64,000 nt of DNA. It comes from the human T2T-CHM13v2.0 reference genome, Homo sapiens. The number at the start of each line of letters is the position of its first letter. Position 1 is the first letter of the stretch. The DNA is taken from assembly GCF_009914755.1 (NCBI RefSeq), contig NC_060942.1. One strand, given 5' to 3'. Position numbers and translations under genes: made by a program. The notes under the pieces were generated by a model that did not search any database, was not told the origin of the DNA, and worked only from the letters and a program-made list of their open reading frames with translations. This document shows, in pieces, positions 1-12,776 of the stretch.

Positions 1-1076
1 TGTTTAGTAGTTTTTTTTTCCTGTTTGTTTGTTTTGTTTATTTTAGCATTTAACCTTGCATTCCCTGGTAAACTTGATCTTTTAAGTAATGATTCAGATG
101 TAATTATCAGCATTGTTAAGAATTTTAGAGTTTGATCCATGAAATTTTCCAAAGTATATCTAATTCAATTTAAATTTTTACTATTTAAAACATTTCCATT
201 GTTTGGTGTTAGGGTTTTGTTTTTACCTTTATGTGTACTTAACGTTAATTGTGAAATCTAAGCAGGACATTATTCTTAGTTCTTTTATCCTGAGTTCAAA
301 ACCTGGTGTGATACACTTTGTTTCTCTAATTTCTTTAGATTTTTTCATACATTCCTATTTGGTGGTGTGATTATTTTCATTGCTACTAACACTTTCCTTA
401 AGCATGAGAAAGAAAAACATTTTTTGATTTCCCATATTGTCTATATCATAACTATCTAGATAAATTTGGTTCTTCCTGTTAAATGTGCCCCTGTTCCTGT
501 CCAGGCTGTTAGCTAATATGAAACTTGGTTTATTCATTCTTCAGCTAGTACCTCTGATTCTGCTTAATCTTTTGGTTTCTGTTTTCAATAGTTTTTAATT
601 TTCCTTTTATTCTTGAAAATTATGTGCTTAGCATCAAGAAGTACGTCTATTGAACGTTACCTCTGAGAACTTGTGTGATCTTCAAAGTAATTTCTTAATG
701 TTTTTTGGGTCTTGATTAAAGGCTGTACTACCATGAGTTATACTTATAAATGAAGAGATGAGTACCTAACACCAGAAATAAAATAATCTTCAATTACTGT
801 TGCTTAGTTGCCTTCTAAGGCACTACCTTGAATTTTAGAGACTTCTACTTCCTATCATAGAGACTGTGAAAAGAGAAATGAAGGCTTCTGCCTTTTTCAT
901 TAGCCATAAAGGAAATAGCATATTCTTAAAAGAGAACCTCCCAAACCTGTTTGGTCTCTTTGGAGCAAGGTGTTTGTTGCTGGTGTTGGTGAGCAAGCAG
1001 TCTTACATTTTATTAAACAAAGGCTAGTCAGTATATAATATAACAGAAACCAATTGTCAGAATTCTGGCTATTAAA

Positions 1077-2800
1077 GAGTTCCAGTTAAGATGGAGTAAA
1101 AACACTTCATATTTTCTCTCCCACTGAATACAACTATAAAACCTGAACAGATGCATGGAGCAGCTATTTGAGGACATTGAAAGGTAAATAGTAAACAGAT
1201 TGGGGAAGAAGATAAGAATTCAAAATACTACTTGAACTGGTGGTGAGGTTGCCACCCTCCATCCCCTACCCCCATTCTTCCTACTGCTTGATTCTAGACC
1301 TGGATGCAATCACAGACGTGGGTGGGAAAGTGGGCTAAATCCCCAGCTTTCTGGCCAGGAGGAGCTCCAGGGAACCAGAAATTACTGGGAAGATGACAGA
1401 GAGGGAGGAGCTCAGGAAAGCAACCCCATGTGATTGTGTTAAACTCCTAGACCTACTCCTGAACTATACATTTGCCATATGTGGATCTTATTCTAATGAG
1501 CGTACCAAAGCCTTTAAGAACTGGACCAACAAACCACCACCAGATCCCAGATTGACCACTGGGGGATGCACAGGGCAGATCCAAATAACATTGCAAAAGC
1601 TTTGAAAACTGAGCTGACGTTGTAGCCAGAGATCACAGAAGTCACATTGGAACCTGTGGCTTGAACCTGTGTTGATTGCATGCTAAAACAAAGGTATTAA
1701 CATTCTCCAAAGGATTTCTAGAATACCCAGAGTTTCATAATACAGTTGACATAGGTTTGAAGTGTACAGGTCCACTTATATGTGGATTTTTTTCAACCAC
1801 TTGTGGATGGAAAATACACTATGTGCAGGATGCAAAACCCACATATGTGGAGGGCTGACTTTTCATATACACGAGTTCTGCAGGACTGACTGAGAACTGA
1901 ATATACATGGATTTTGGTGTACCTCGGCATCCTGGAATCAATCCCCCATGTATACCAAGGGACGACTGTATTCAAAATATTCAGGATACAATACAAAATC
2001 ACTTGACAGGAAGAACCAGGAATATCTTAACTCCCATAGGAAGAGACAATCAACAGATACCAGCCCCAAGATAACATAGATGTTGGAATTATCTGACAAA
2101 CACACTACTATAAAAATGCTCCAAGAAGCAAATTATAAACACTCTTGAAATGATAGGAAAAATAGAAACTCCCAGCAAAGGGCTAGAAAATATAAAGAAT
2201 AAAGTTATAAAATGGAAATTTAGGAACTGAAAACGACAATAACCAAAATAAAACACATTCAGCTGAATGAGCTGAATAGCGGATAGAAATGACAAGAGTC
2301 AGTTAACCCAGTCAATAAACCCAGGTTCAACTCACATCATAATCAATCTCTGAAAACTATATAGATGTAGAAAATAAAAATTTTGAAAGTAACTGAAGAA
2401 AGGGACACATCAATAGAAGAACAATAATTACAATGACTAGATTTCTCATTAGAAAGCAAATAGAAAAACTATTTTTTTTTTTTAAAAAAAAAGGGAAAAA
2501 AACCTGTGGAGATCAGAAGAAAGTGGCAAAACATTTTTAAAAGGAACTTTCAACTTAAAATCCTATATATCATGAAAATATCCTGCAGAAATGAAGGTGA
2601 AATAGATATTTTCTGGTGAAGGAAAAGGAAGAAAATTCATTGCCAACAGAGTTGCTGTAAGACTATTAAGGAAATTATTCACAATGAAGTCAGATGACAC
2701 CAAAGGGAAGCTGAACTTCAGGAATGAAGAAAGCACAACAGAAATGGAAAACATAATAGGCTATTCTGCTTTTGAATTAAAGTATGTTTAAGTGAAAGCA
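1077..2800 (+). mobile_element. Old L1M (MC/MD/ME-type) 5' UTR/ORF1 part; outer element
   Basis: AAGATGGAGTAA...CTCTCCCACTGAATACAACTA 5' end and A-rich ORF1 remnants. Resumes near 9940. Confidence 0.75.
1743..1968 (-). mobile_element. MER8 (TcMar-Tigger)
   Basis: Terminal inverted repeats CAGTTGAC...GACGACTG with TA duplications at 1741 and 1969. Confidence 0.85.
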
Positions 2801-4072
2801 GATTTGAGGACTGACATTGGCAAGATGGCTGACTAGAGATGCCTGGTGCTTGTTTCTTCTACAAAAAAGGACTGAGGCAATGAATAAACAGATAGGATTT
2901 GACTAGAATGTCAGAGAGAGCGCTGGAGTGTGGTTGGGGAATGGAGACACACCTATAAATGATTAGAAATCCAGGAGGGCAGCATGAGGGTACCTAGCAT
3001 CTACAGTCCTGTCTTCCCCACCTGGACTGAATCTGGAGTCAAGAGAGACTTCCCATTGCAGGGAAAAGGCAATCAGAATAACCCAGCCAGCCCCTGTTGC
3101 CACCACAAACGCATACAGTCCTTACTACAGGAGAATCCCACAGTCCTCAAAAGCCCTGAACCCAGTTTGGAGAGCTACCATGAATTCACACAGCTGCATT
3201 GCCCTGGATTAGGAACACCAAGATATGCCTGCTTGTACACAGCCCTCCAGTGTCCTACCCCCTACAGATAAGCTCCTGGTCTACCCAACAGCCCTGCACC
3301 CACAATCAGGGTCTGAAAAGCCGCTCCACTGGCAGCCACACTCCAAGGCCTGCTGAACAACTGTGAGCCCACATCTCGGGCCTGAGAGACCAAGCCATCC
3401 TCACCAGACATGTCTTTAGACCAGTCAGGCATCTGTGCACCTGTGTTTTTCGCAAAAGTAACAGCCCTGTGGGCTGCTCCTTGCAGGCATGTCCTCGGGC
3501 CGGCTGAGCAACCCTGTGTATGTCCTCCTGCCAAGAATAAGAGCCCTGTAGCCCAAATCCATGCACCAAGTTGGTGGACCCACCATTTGTATGTATATGC
3601 CTCTGACCTGAGAAACAGCCCAGTGAGCCCACACCCAGCAAAACTGCACCACCTCCACCACAAACTCAGCCCAGGCCACTGAGGCATTTGCATATGTCAC
3701 TAGTATGGATTACAGCTGAAGAAACTACACTACTGTGTCCACCTAGAACTCAACAAACTGACACCCCAACACCTGTTCATATGAGTAAATTTTTCTCTGT
3801 GAAACCTCCTCCATAAAATTGGAAGAGGCGACTTTTCTACCACATGAATGGAAATCAGTGTAGGGATACATCAAACATGAAAAAACTACAGATAAATACC
3901 CATGAAAAGGAACACAATAATTTTCCAATAACAGAGGCTAATCATAAGGAAGTACATAAAATGCCAGAAAAAGAATTCAGAATAATAATCTTAAGTAAAC
4001 TCTGTGAGATACAGAATACTGATGGACATTCAGTGAAATCAGGAAAACAATTCACAATTTGAATAGAGAAAA

Positions 4073-4249
4073 TTTTATTTTTATTTGTCTTTTTTAGAGA
4101 CAAGATTTTATTTACTCTGTCACCCAGGCTGGAGTGCAGTGTTTGGAGCATAGCTCACTGTAACTTTGAAGTTCTGGGCTCAAGCTATCCTCCCACCTCA
4201 GCCTCCTGAGTATCTGAGACTAGAAGCATGTGCCACCATGCCCAGCTAA
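4073..4249 (-). mobile_element. Alu right monomer (FRAM/AluJ)
   Basis: Alu right-arm sequence; duplication TGAAT(A)GAGAAA on both sides. Confidence 0.85.
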
Positions 4250-4803
4250 GTGAATGAGAAATCTAATAATGAGATAGATATCATAATAAAGAACCAAACA
4301 GAAATCCTACAGCTGTAGAATTCAATGAATGAAATAAAAAATACAGTTGAGACCTTTAACAATACCCTACACCAAGCAGAAAAAAGAATTTTTGAACTTG
4401 AAGAGATTGAAGCAACACAGGCAGACCCCCCCTCCCCCCAAAAAAAGAATGAAGAAAGCTACAGGATTTATGGGACACCATGAAGCAAACAAATATTCAC
4501 ATTATGGGCATTCCGGAAGGAGAAAAGAAGTGAAAAGATGTAGAAAACATATTTAATGAAATAATAGCTGAAAATTTCTCAAGTATTTGGAGAGACACAT
4601 CCAGGTTCAGGAAGCTGGAAGAACCCCAAGTAGATTCATCCCAAACAAGTCCTCTCCTAGGCACAGTATAGTCAAATTGTGAAGTCAAAGTCGATTCTAA
4701 AAGCAGCAAAAGAAAAATGTCAATTCACAAATAAAGGTATTCTTATCAGATTAACAGTAGATTTCTCAGCAGAAACTATACAGGCTAGGAGAGAATGGGA
4801 TAA

Positions 4804-5333
<530 letters not shown>

Positions 5334-6443
5334 CAGCCAAGAATATTATACCCAGCAAAACTATCCTTCAGAAATGAAGGAGAAATAAAATGTCTCACAA
5401 TCAAAAATTAAGGGAATTCATCACCATTAGACAAGGCCTACAAGAGATACTCAAGGGAGTTTTACATTTGAAAGTGAAAAAATGACAACCACCATCATGA
5501 AAGGATGTGAAGCTATAAAACTCACTGGTAGAACCAATACAGAAAAGAGAAATAGAAAGGAATCAAACAAATTTTTCTTTACAGGAAAAGATCCACCTAC
5601 ACAAATACTAAAAGATGAAGAAAGGAACAATGAATATAGAAAACAACCAGAAAACAATCAATAAAATGATAGTAATAAGTCCACACCTATCAGTAATAAT
5701 CCTGTGTGTAAACAGATTAAGTTCCCCATTTAAAAGATACAGACTAGCCAAATGGTTAAATAAAACAAGACTCAACTGTATACTGCCGACAGTAAATTCA
5801 CTTCAGCTGTAAAGACACACATAGACTGAAAGTGAAGAATAGAAAAAGACATTTCCACAAACAGCAACCAAAAGCTAGCAGGAGTAGCTATACTTACATA
5901 AGACAAAACAGACTTCAAGACAAAATGGTAAAGAAACAAAGACATTATACAATAAGGGATTAATTTGGCAAGAACATATAACAATTGTGAATATATATGT
6001 GTACCCAACACTGGACCACTCAGATATATAAAGTAAATATTATTAGATCTAAAGGGAAAGATAGACCCCAATACAGTAATAGTTGGAGACTTCAACACTC
6101 CATTCTTAACATTGGACAGATCATGTAGACAGAAAATCAACGAAGAAACATTGGATTTAAACTGTACTGTAGACCAACTGGACCTAGCAGGCATTTATGG
6201 AACATTTCACCCAACAGCTGCAGAATACATATTCTTTCCAGAAGTACATGGAACATTTTCCAGTATTGACCATATGTTAGGACATAAAACAAGCCTCAAA
6301 CATTTTAAAATATCAAAATCATATCCTAAGTATCTTACCTGACCACCATGGAATAAAAGTAGAAATCAATAATAAGAGGAATATTAAAAACTGTGCAATT
6401 AAACAGCAGTCTCCTGGACAACCAATGGGTGAAGGGAAAAATT

Positions 6444-7481
6444 GTCCAAGCCTTACTAACCATCAGGTAATCCATATTGGAGAGAAACCTTATGAATAGA
6501 ATGAATGTGACAAGGTCTCTGGTTATCTCATATCTTTGAAAGGCATCTGAGAAATCACACTGGAGAGAAGGCTTACAGATGTAGTAACTGTGGCAAAGCC
6601 TTTACTGAGTGTGCAAGCCATACTAAACATCATGTAATCCATCTGGAGAGAAACCTTACAAATGTAGTGACTGTGGGAAATTTTGTCTACTGTAGTCATA
6701 CCTCCATCCATACTGGAGAGACACCTTACAAATGTAATAAGTGTGTCAGTGCCTTTAGTGAGCATTCAAGCATTACTAAATATCAGGTAATCCATAAGGG
6801 AGAGAAACCTTACAAATATAATGAAAGTGATAAGTCCTTGTCTTGGCAACCAGACTTCACCAGACATCAGATAATCCATACTGAAGAGAAACCTTACAAC
6901 TGCAATGAATGTGGCAAGATCTTCAGTCAAAATTTACACCATGCACAACATCAGAGAACTTACACTTGAGAGAAAGCTTCTGAATGCAATGAGTTTGGTA
7001 AATCCTTAATCATTTGTTTAAGCATTAATCTACCTCAGAGCGGCCATACTAAAGAGAAACCCCATAACTGTAATATATGTGGCAGTGGCTTCTTCCAGGC
7101 CTCAAAACTCTAGGCACCTATATATATGTCTTTGAATTAACCAAATAAACAATGTGCATGCTAAGACCTTGACCCAAGGATCAAAACTGTTTAATAACAA
7201 AGGATTTTTTTAAAAATAAATTCAACTTTAATTTTAGATTCAGGTGTACACATACAGGTTTGTAACATGATTATATTGCATTATGCTGAAGTTTGGGGTA
7301 CGATTGATCCCAGCTTCCAGGTAGTGAGCATAGTACCCAGTAGTTAGTTTTTCAACAGTTTTTCCTCTGTTCCTTCTTCTTTCCCCTTCCGAAAGTCCCC
7401 AGTGTCTATTGTTGCCGTCTCAAAGGATTCTTATTGACTACCAATGCAATAAATGCATACAGCTCTTTATTTAAAAAAAAA
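6444..7481 (+). pseudogene. ZNF415P1: 5'-truncated processed pseudogene of a C2H2 (KRAB-type) zinc-finger gene: about 7 degenerate fingers, 3' UTR, AATAAA and poly(A)
   Basis: Repeated HTGEKPY/CNECGK motifs with stops and frameshifts (ORF 6667-6969). AATAAA at 7448-7453, A-tail at 7473-7481. The symbol is from memory and from ZNF415-like fingers (TRHQIIH, HTKEKP); it is less certain than the pseudogene call. Confidence 0.85.
7207..7420 (-). mobile_element. 5'-truncated L1PA (old primate) 3' end inside the zinc-finger retrocopy UTR
   Basis: ATTTTAGATTCAGG...GTAGTGAGCATAGTACCCA...CCCCAGTGTCTATTGTTGCC. Duplication CAAAGGATT at 7198 and 7421. Confidence 0.85.
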
Positions 7482-8503
7482 GAATCAGTAGTATTCCTTA
7501 CCTAATGAACTAGCTGAAAAAACAAAATCAAGAAGGCAATCCCAGTTAAAATCCCTGCCAAACAAACAAACAAACAAACAAACAAAACCACCTGGAAATA
7601 ATTTAACCCAGGAGATGAAGGAACTCTGCAAGGAAAATTATAAAACGCTAATGAAAGAAACTGAAGAAGATACAAGCAAATGTACAAACATCTCATGCTC
7701 ATGGATCAGAAGAATTAATATTGTTACAATGACCATACTAGCCAAAGCAATCAACAGAGTCAATGCAATCTCTGTCAAAATACCAAGGACATTCTTCACA
7801 GAAATAGGAAAAGTAAATTTGAAAATTCATATGGAACTGCAAAAGACCTCAAATAGCCAAAGCCATCCTGAGCAAAAAGAACAAAGCTGGAGGCATGACA
7901 CTACTGGACTTCAAAATATGCTTCAAAACTGTAGTCACCGAAATAGCATGTGACTGGCATAAAAACAAAAACATAAACATAGACCAACGGAACAGAATAG
8001 GGAATCCAGAAGTTAATCAAGGTGTCTACAGCCAACATATTTTTTGACAAAGGTGCCAGGAACATAAACCAGGGAAAGCATGTTCTCCTCAAAAAATAAG
8101 GTGCTGGGAAAGCGGGCATCCATATGCAGAAGAATAAATGTACACCTCCACCTCTTACCCTATTAAAAAGTCAAATGGTTCAGAGATCTAAGTGTAAAAC
8201 CTGAAACTATAAAGCTACTAGAAGAAAACGGAGGAAATGCTTCAGGACATACTTTATGTCAGGAAAATATTTTATGAATAAGACGTCAAAAGCGCCTGTA
8301 ACAAAAGCAAAAATAAATGGGATTATATTAAATGAAAAACTTTTGCATAGCAAAGGAAACAATCCACAGAGTAAAAAAAATAAGACTACAGAATGGGGGG
8401 AAATATTTGCAAACTATTCATCTGATAGTGGATTAATATCCAGAATATACAAATAGGCATCTCAACAGCAAAAAAATCAGTCTGATTAACAGATTGGCAA
8501 ATG

Positions 8504-8817
8504 AGCCAGGTGTAATGGCTTATGCCTATACTCTCAACACTTGGGAAGGAAGATGTAGGAGGATCACTTGGGGCCAGGAATTTGAGATCAGCCTGGGCAA
8601 CATAGAGACCCCGTCTCTACAAAAAATTTAAAACTGAAGGTTAGCCAGGTATGGTGGCATAGGCCTGTAGTCCTAGCTGCTTGGGAGGCCGAAGTAGTGT
8701 GATCACTTGAGCCCAGGAGATTGAGGCTGCTGTGAGCCATGATCATGGTACTACATACTATCATGGGTAATAGAGTGAGACCCTGTTTCTAGAAAAAGAA
8801 AATTAAAAACAAACAAA
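8504..8817 (+). mobile_element. AluJ
   Basis: Diverged dimer; duplication GGCAAATGA. Confidence 0.9.
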
Positions 8818-10672
8818 TGGGCAAATGATCAGAATGGACATTTCTCAAAAGAAGACATGCAAACAGCCAACAGGTATGGGAAGAAATGTTCTATGTCACT
8901 AATCATCAGAGAAATGAAAATTAAAACCACAACTAGATATCATTCGACCCCAGTGAAGATGGCTATTACCAAAAAGACAAAAAATGAGTAATGTTATCGA
9001 GGATTCAGGGAAAATGGAATTCTTAAACACTGTCAGTGAAAATGTAAACTAGTATAGCCACTGTGAAGAATGGCATGGAGATTCCTCTTAAAATTACAAA
9101 TAGAACTACTGTATGATCCAGCAATCCCAGTACTGAGAAAAGAAATCAGTATATCACAGAGACATCTGTACCCCCTTGTTCATTTCAGCACTATACATGT
9201 TAATAATTGCTGATATGTGGAATCAACCCAGGTGTTCAACAACAGATGAATGGATAAAGAAAATGTGCTATATATACACAGTGGAATACTATACAGCCAT
9301 AAAAAAGAATGAAATCTTGTCATTTATGATAACATGGATGGAAACTGGAGGACTTATGTTAAGTAAAGTATTCCAGGAAAAAAAAAGTTAAACACTGTTT
9401 TCACTGATCTGTGAAAGCTAAAACAAAGTTGGTCTCATAGAAGTAAAAAGGAGAACAGAGAATAGTAGAGGATGGAAAGGGTCTGGGGGAAAAGGGGATA
9501 GGGAAAGATTTGTTAAAGGATACAAAATTACAGCTAGATAGGAGAAGTAAGTTCTATAGCACTGTAGGATGACTATAGTTAATAATGCATAGTTTCAAGT
9601 AGCTACAAGGAGGCTAGTGAATGTTCTTAACATAAAAGTATGATAAATATCTGAGATGATGGGTATACTAATTATCCTCATCTGATCACTGTGTATGTAT
9701 TGCAACATCACTAAGTACCCATAAATATGTACAATTATATGTCAGACTTCATAAAAATTAATATTCAATAATCAGTTATAGTTTTAAACACCAGCAACAA
9801 ACAGAAAATAAATAAGATATTAAAGGATCATAAATCTAACATGCAAATAAAGGTTTAATGAAATATATATGACTGATGTAAAAAATGATGATTGGTGAAA
9901 TTCATTAAGGATAAATTGAGATTTACCATATGCATGGATTAGAAAAATTAACACCAGCGATTTTCACTGTATGTATGTGTAATATATAAGACAACTACAG
10001 CAAAATGTGGAGGATAAAGAGCCATATATATGGCCAAGGTTTTTCTATTCCACTTGAAGTGGTAAAATATTGATGCTGAGCAGATTGAAAATTTAAGTAT
10101 GTATATTGTAATCCCTAGAGCCGTCACTAAAAATTAATATAAAACATTTAGAGTTACTACAAAATGCAGTAGATAAATTAAAATGTTAAAAAGTTCAAAT
10201 AATTCCAAGTAGAAAAAGGGAAACAGAGAAATGAAAAACAGAGGGAACATACAGAAAACAAAATGATAGACCTTAATCTAATCATAATTATTACATGAAG
10301 TGTAAATGATTCAAATATACCATTTCAAAGATAGAGACTCTCAGGATGGATTAAAAATCTGTAATGGAACTATATCTTTAAGCAACTCAAATCACAGGTA
10401 ATGATATAGGTAAGCTAAAGTAACAAGATAGGAGAAAATGCTTACATTAGAAAAGAAGAAAGGCCTCAAATCAATAAATTAAACTTCTTCCTTGAGAAAT
10501 TGGAATAGGAAGAGCAATATAGATCCAAAGCAAGCAGAAGGAAGCACATATCTTTGAGTACTAATCAATGACTTTGGAAAAAAGTTCCCAGAAGCTGGTT
10601 CTTTGATCAACAACATCGAGAACTTTTCATAAGACTGAGAAAGGAAAAAGCAAAGAAGAGAAATCACTAATA

Positions 10673-10869
10673 TTGCTCTGTTGCCCAGGCTGTAATGCAG
10701 TGGTGAGATCTCAGCTCACTGCAACCTCTGCCTCTTGGACTCATGGGATCTTACCCCCAGATGCCATCCTCCAGAGTTAGGATCCCATAAGCCCAGGAGG
10801 TGAAGGTTGCAGTAAGATGAGATTGCATCACTGCACTCCAGCCTAGACAACAGAGTGAGACCCTGTCTC
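10673..10869. mobile_element. Two inverted Alu 3' fragments forming a hairpin
   Basis: Minus arm 10673-10753, spacer 10754-10777, plus arm 10778-10869. Confidence 0.85.
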
Positions 10870-11534
10870 CCCGCCACACCCCTCTCTCCAAAAGCAAATA
10901 TAACAAATAACTGTGCATAAGTTTGGCAACTTAGATAGATTAAATGACCAATACCTCGAAAAGCACAAACTATCAAAACTTACCCAAGATGATATGGTTC
11001 TCTAATCTTTATTTTTTTAGTTCTGTAATTATTAAACAAATTGAATTTGTAATTAAAACCTTCTAAGAGAGATACCAGAACAGATTTTTAGTAAATTCTA
11101 CCAAAGATTTACAGAAGAATTAATACCACTTCTACACAGCCTCTTCCAGACAATAGAAGAGATAGAAACACTTCCAGTTCATTTTATGAGGCCATTGTTG
11201 CCCTAATAGTTAAACCCACAAAGATGTTACAAAACAAGAAAACTACAGGCTAATATCTCTTATGAACATAGATATAAACATCCCAAACAAAATGTTAGCA
11301 AATCAAATCTACTTTAGATTTGATATAAAAAGAATGTATTGATCTTGACATATGAAAGAATAATATACCATGACTATGTATATTATACTCTAGAAATGAA
11401 AAGTTGCTTTAATATTTGAAAATCAGTCAATATAATCATATATTAATAGTCTAAGAAACACCATGTGATCCTATCAATTAATTTAGAAATATGTTTGATA
11501 AAATTTAAAATCCATTAATGATTAAAAACTCTCA

Positions 11535-11703
<169 letters not shown>

Positions 11704-12196
11704 TGAAGAGACTTCCTGAGGCTGATAAAGGATAGCTTTAAAAACCCTCCTAATATCGTTTTTAATGGTGACTGAATGCTTTCTTCCAATGATTAGGAAA
11801 AAGGCAAAGAAACTTGCTTTTACCAGTATTATTCAGCATTATAGTTTAAGTCCTTATCAGTACAATGAAGCAGGAAAGACAAATAGATTGGAGACATGGA
11901 AATAAAGTAGCTTGTCCTTTAATTCTTTTAAGTGTGTCTTCCATAGAGCAAAAGTTTTAATTTTGATGCAGTCCAATTTGCCAATTTTTTCTCTTATAGA
12001 TATGCATTAGGTGTCATGTTCAAGGACTCTTTGCTGGACTCCAAGTCATGTTCTCCTATGGTTTTTTCCTATACATTTTTATAGTTTTACATTTATATTT
12101 TGATTAATTTTTTTATAAGGTGTGAGGTTTGGATCCAGATTGATTTTTAAAAAATTTTTGCACGTGGATGTTCAGTTGTTCCAACAACATTTGATG

Positions 12197-12485
12197 TTTG
12201 TTTGTTTGAGATAGAATCTCACTCTGTTGCCCAAGCTGGAGTGCAGTGGCATGATCTCAGCTGACTGCAGCCTCCGCTTTTGGGTTCAAGCAATTCTCCT
12301 GCCTCAGCCTCCCAAGTAGCTGGGATTACAGGCGTCCCCACCATGCCCAGCTACTTTTTGTATTTTTAGTAGAGACGGGGTTTCACCCTGTTGGCCAGGC
12401 TGGTGCGAACTCCTGACCTCAAGTGATCTGCCCACCTTGAACTCTCAAAATACTGGGATTACAGGTTTGAGCACAGCACCCAGCC
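12197..12485 (-). mobile_element. AluS
   Basis: Full dimer. Confidence 0.92.
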
Positions 12486-12507
12486 CCACAACTTTTGTGT
12501 AAAAGAC

Positions 12508-12776
12508 TGCCAGACACTAAAGTGGTAAGAATAGACTTTAATCAGCTCCTGCCTTTCCATAGAGGCTGGAAGATGGGGCCTTATCATCAGATGTTGGATG
12601 GAACAAATAGTAAATTATTCTAGCAGTCTTGAGTTTTTTCAGTTAGGCTCTTTAAGGAAGTTAAGGCCATCCTATGGCTTGAGCTGTTAGAAACTGTGTT
12701 AATGTTTTTTAGGCCAAGGTTCAGGCCTGGTTGATAAGAGGGCTCAGAAGTTTGGTCAAGGAGAGAATTTTTGTCA
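12508..12776 (-). mobile_element. MER67-like ERV1 solo LTR (internally deleted)
   Basis: Reverse complement begins TGACAAAAATTCTCTCCTTGACCAAAC...CTGAGCCCTCTT. Confidence 0.65.

Noticed and set aside
2984-3700. Overlapping 90-143 aa ORFs on both strands
   Set aside because: GC-richer L1 5' UTR with few stop codons; no recognisable domain.
6667-6969. 100-aa zinc-finger ORF as a functional gene
   Set aside because: Cys/His ligands are lost, neighbouring fingers have stops and frameshifts, and there is no KRAB domain or promoter.
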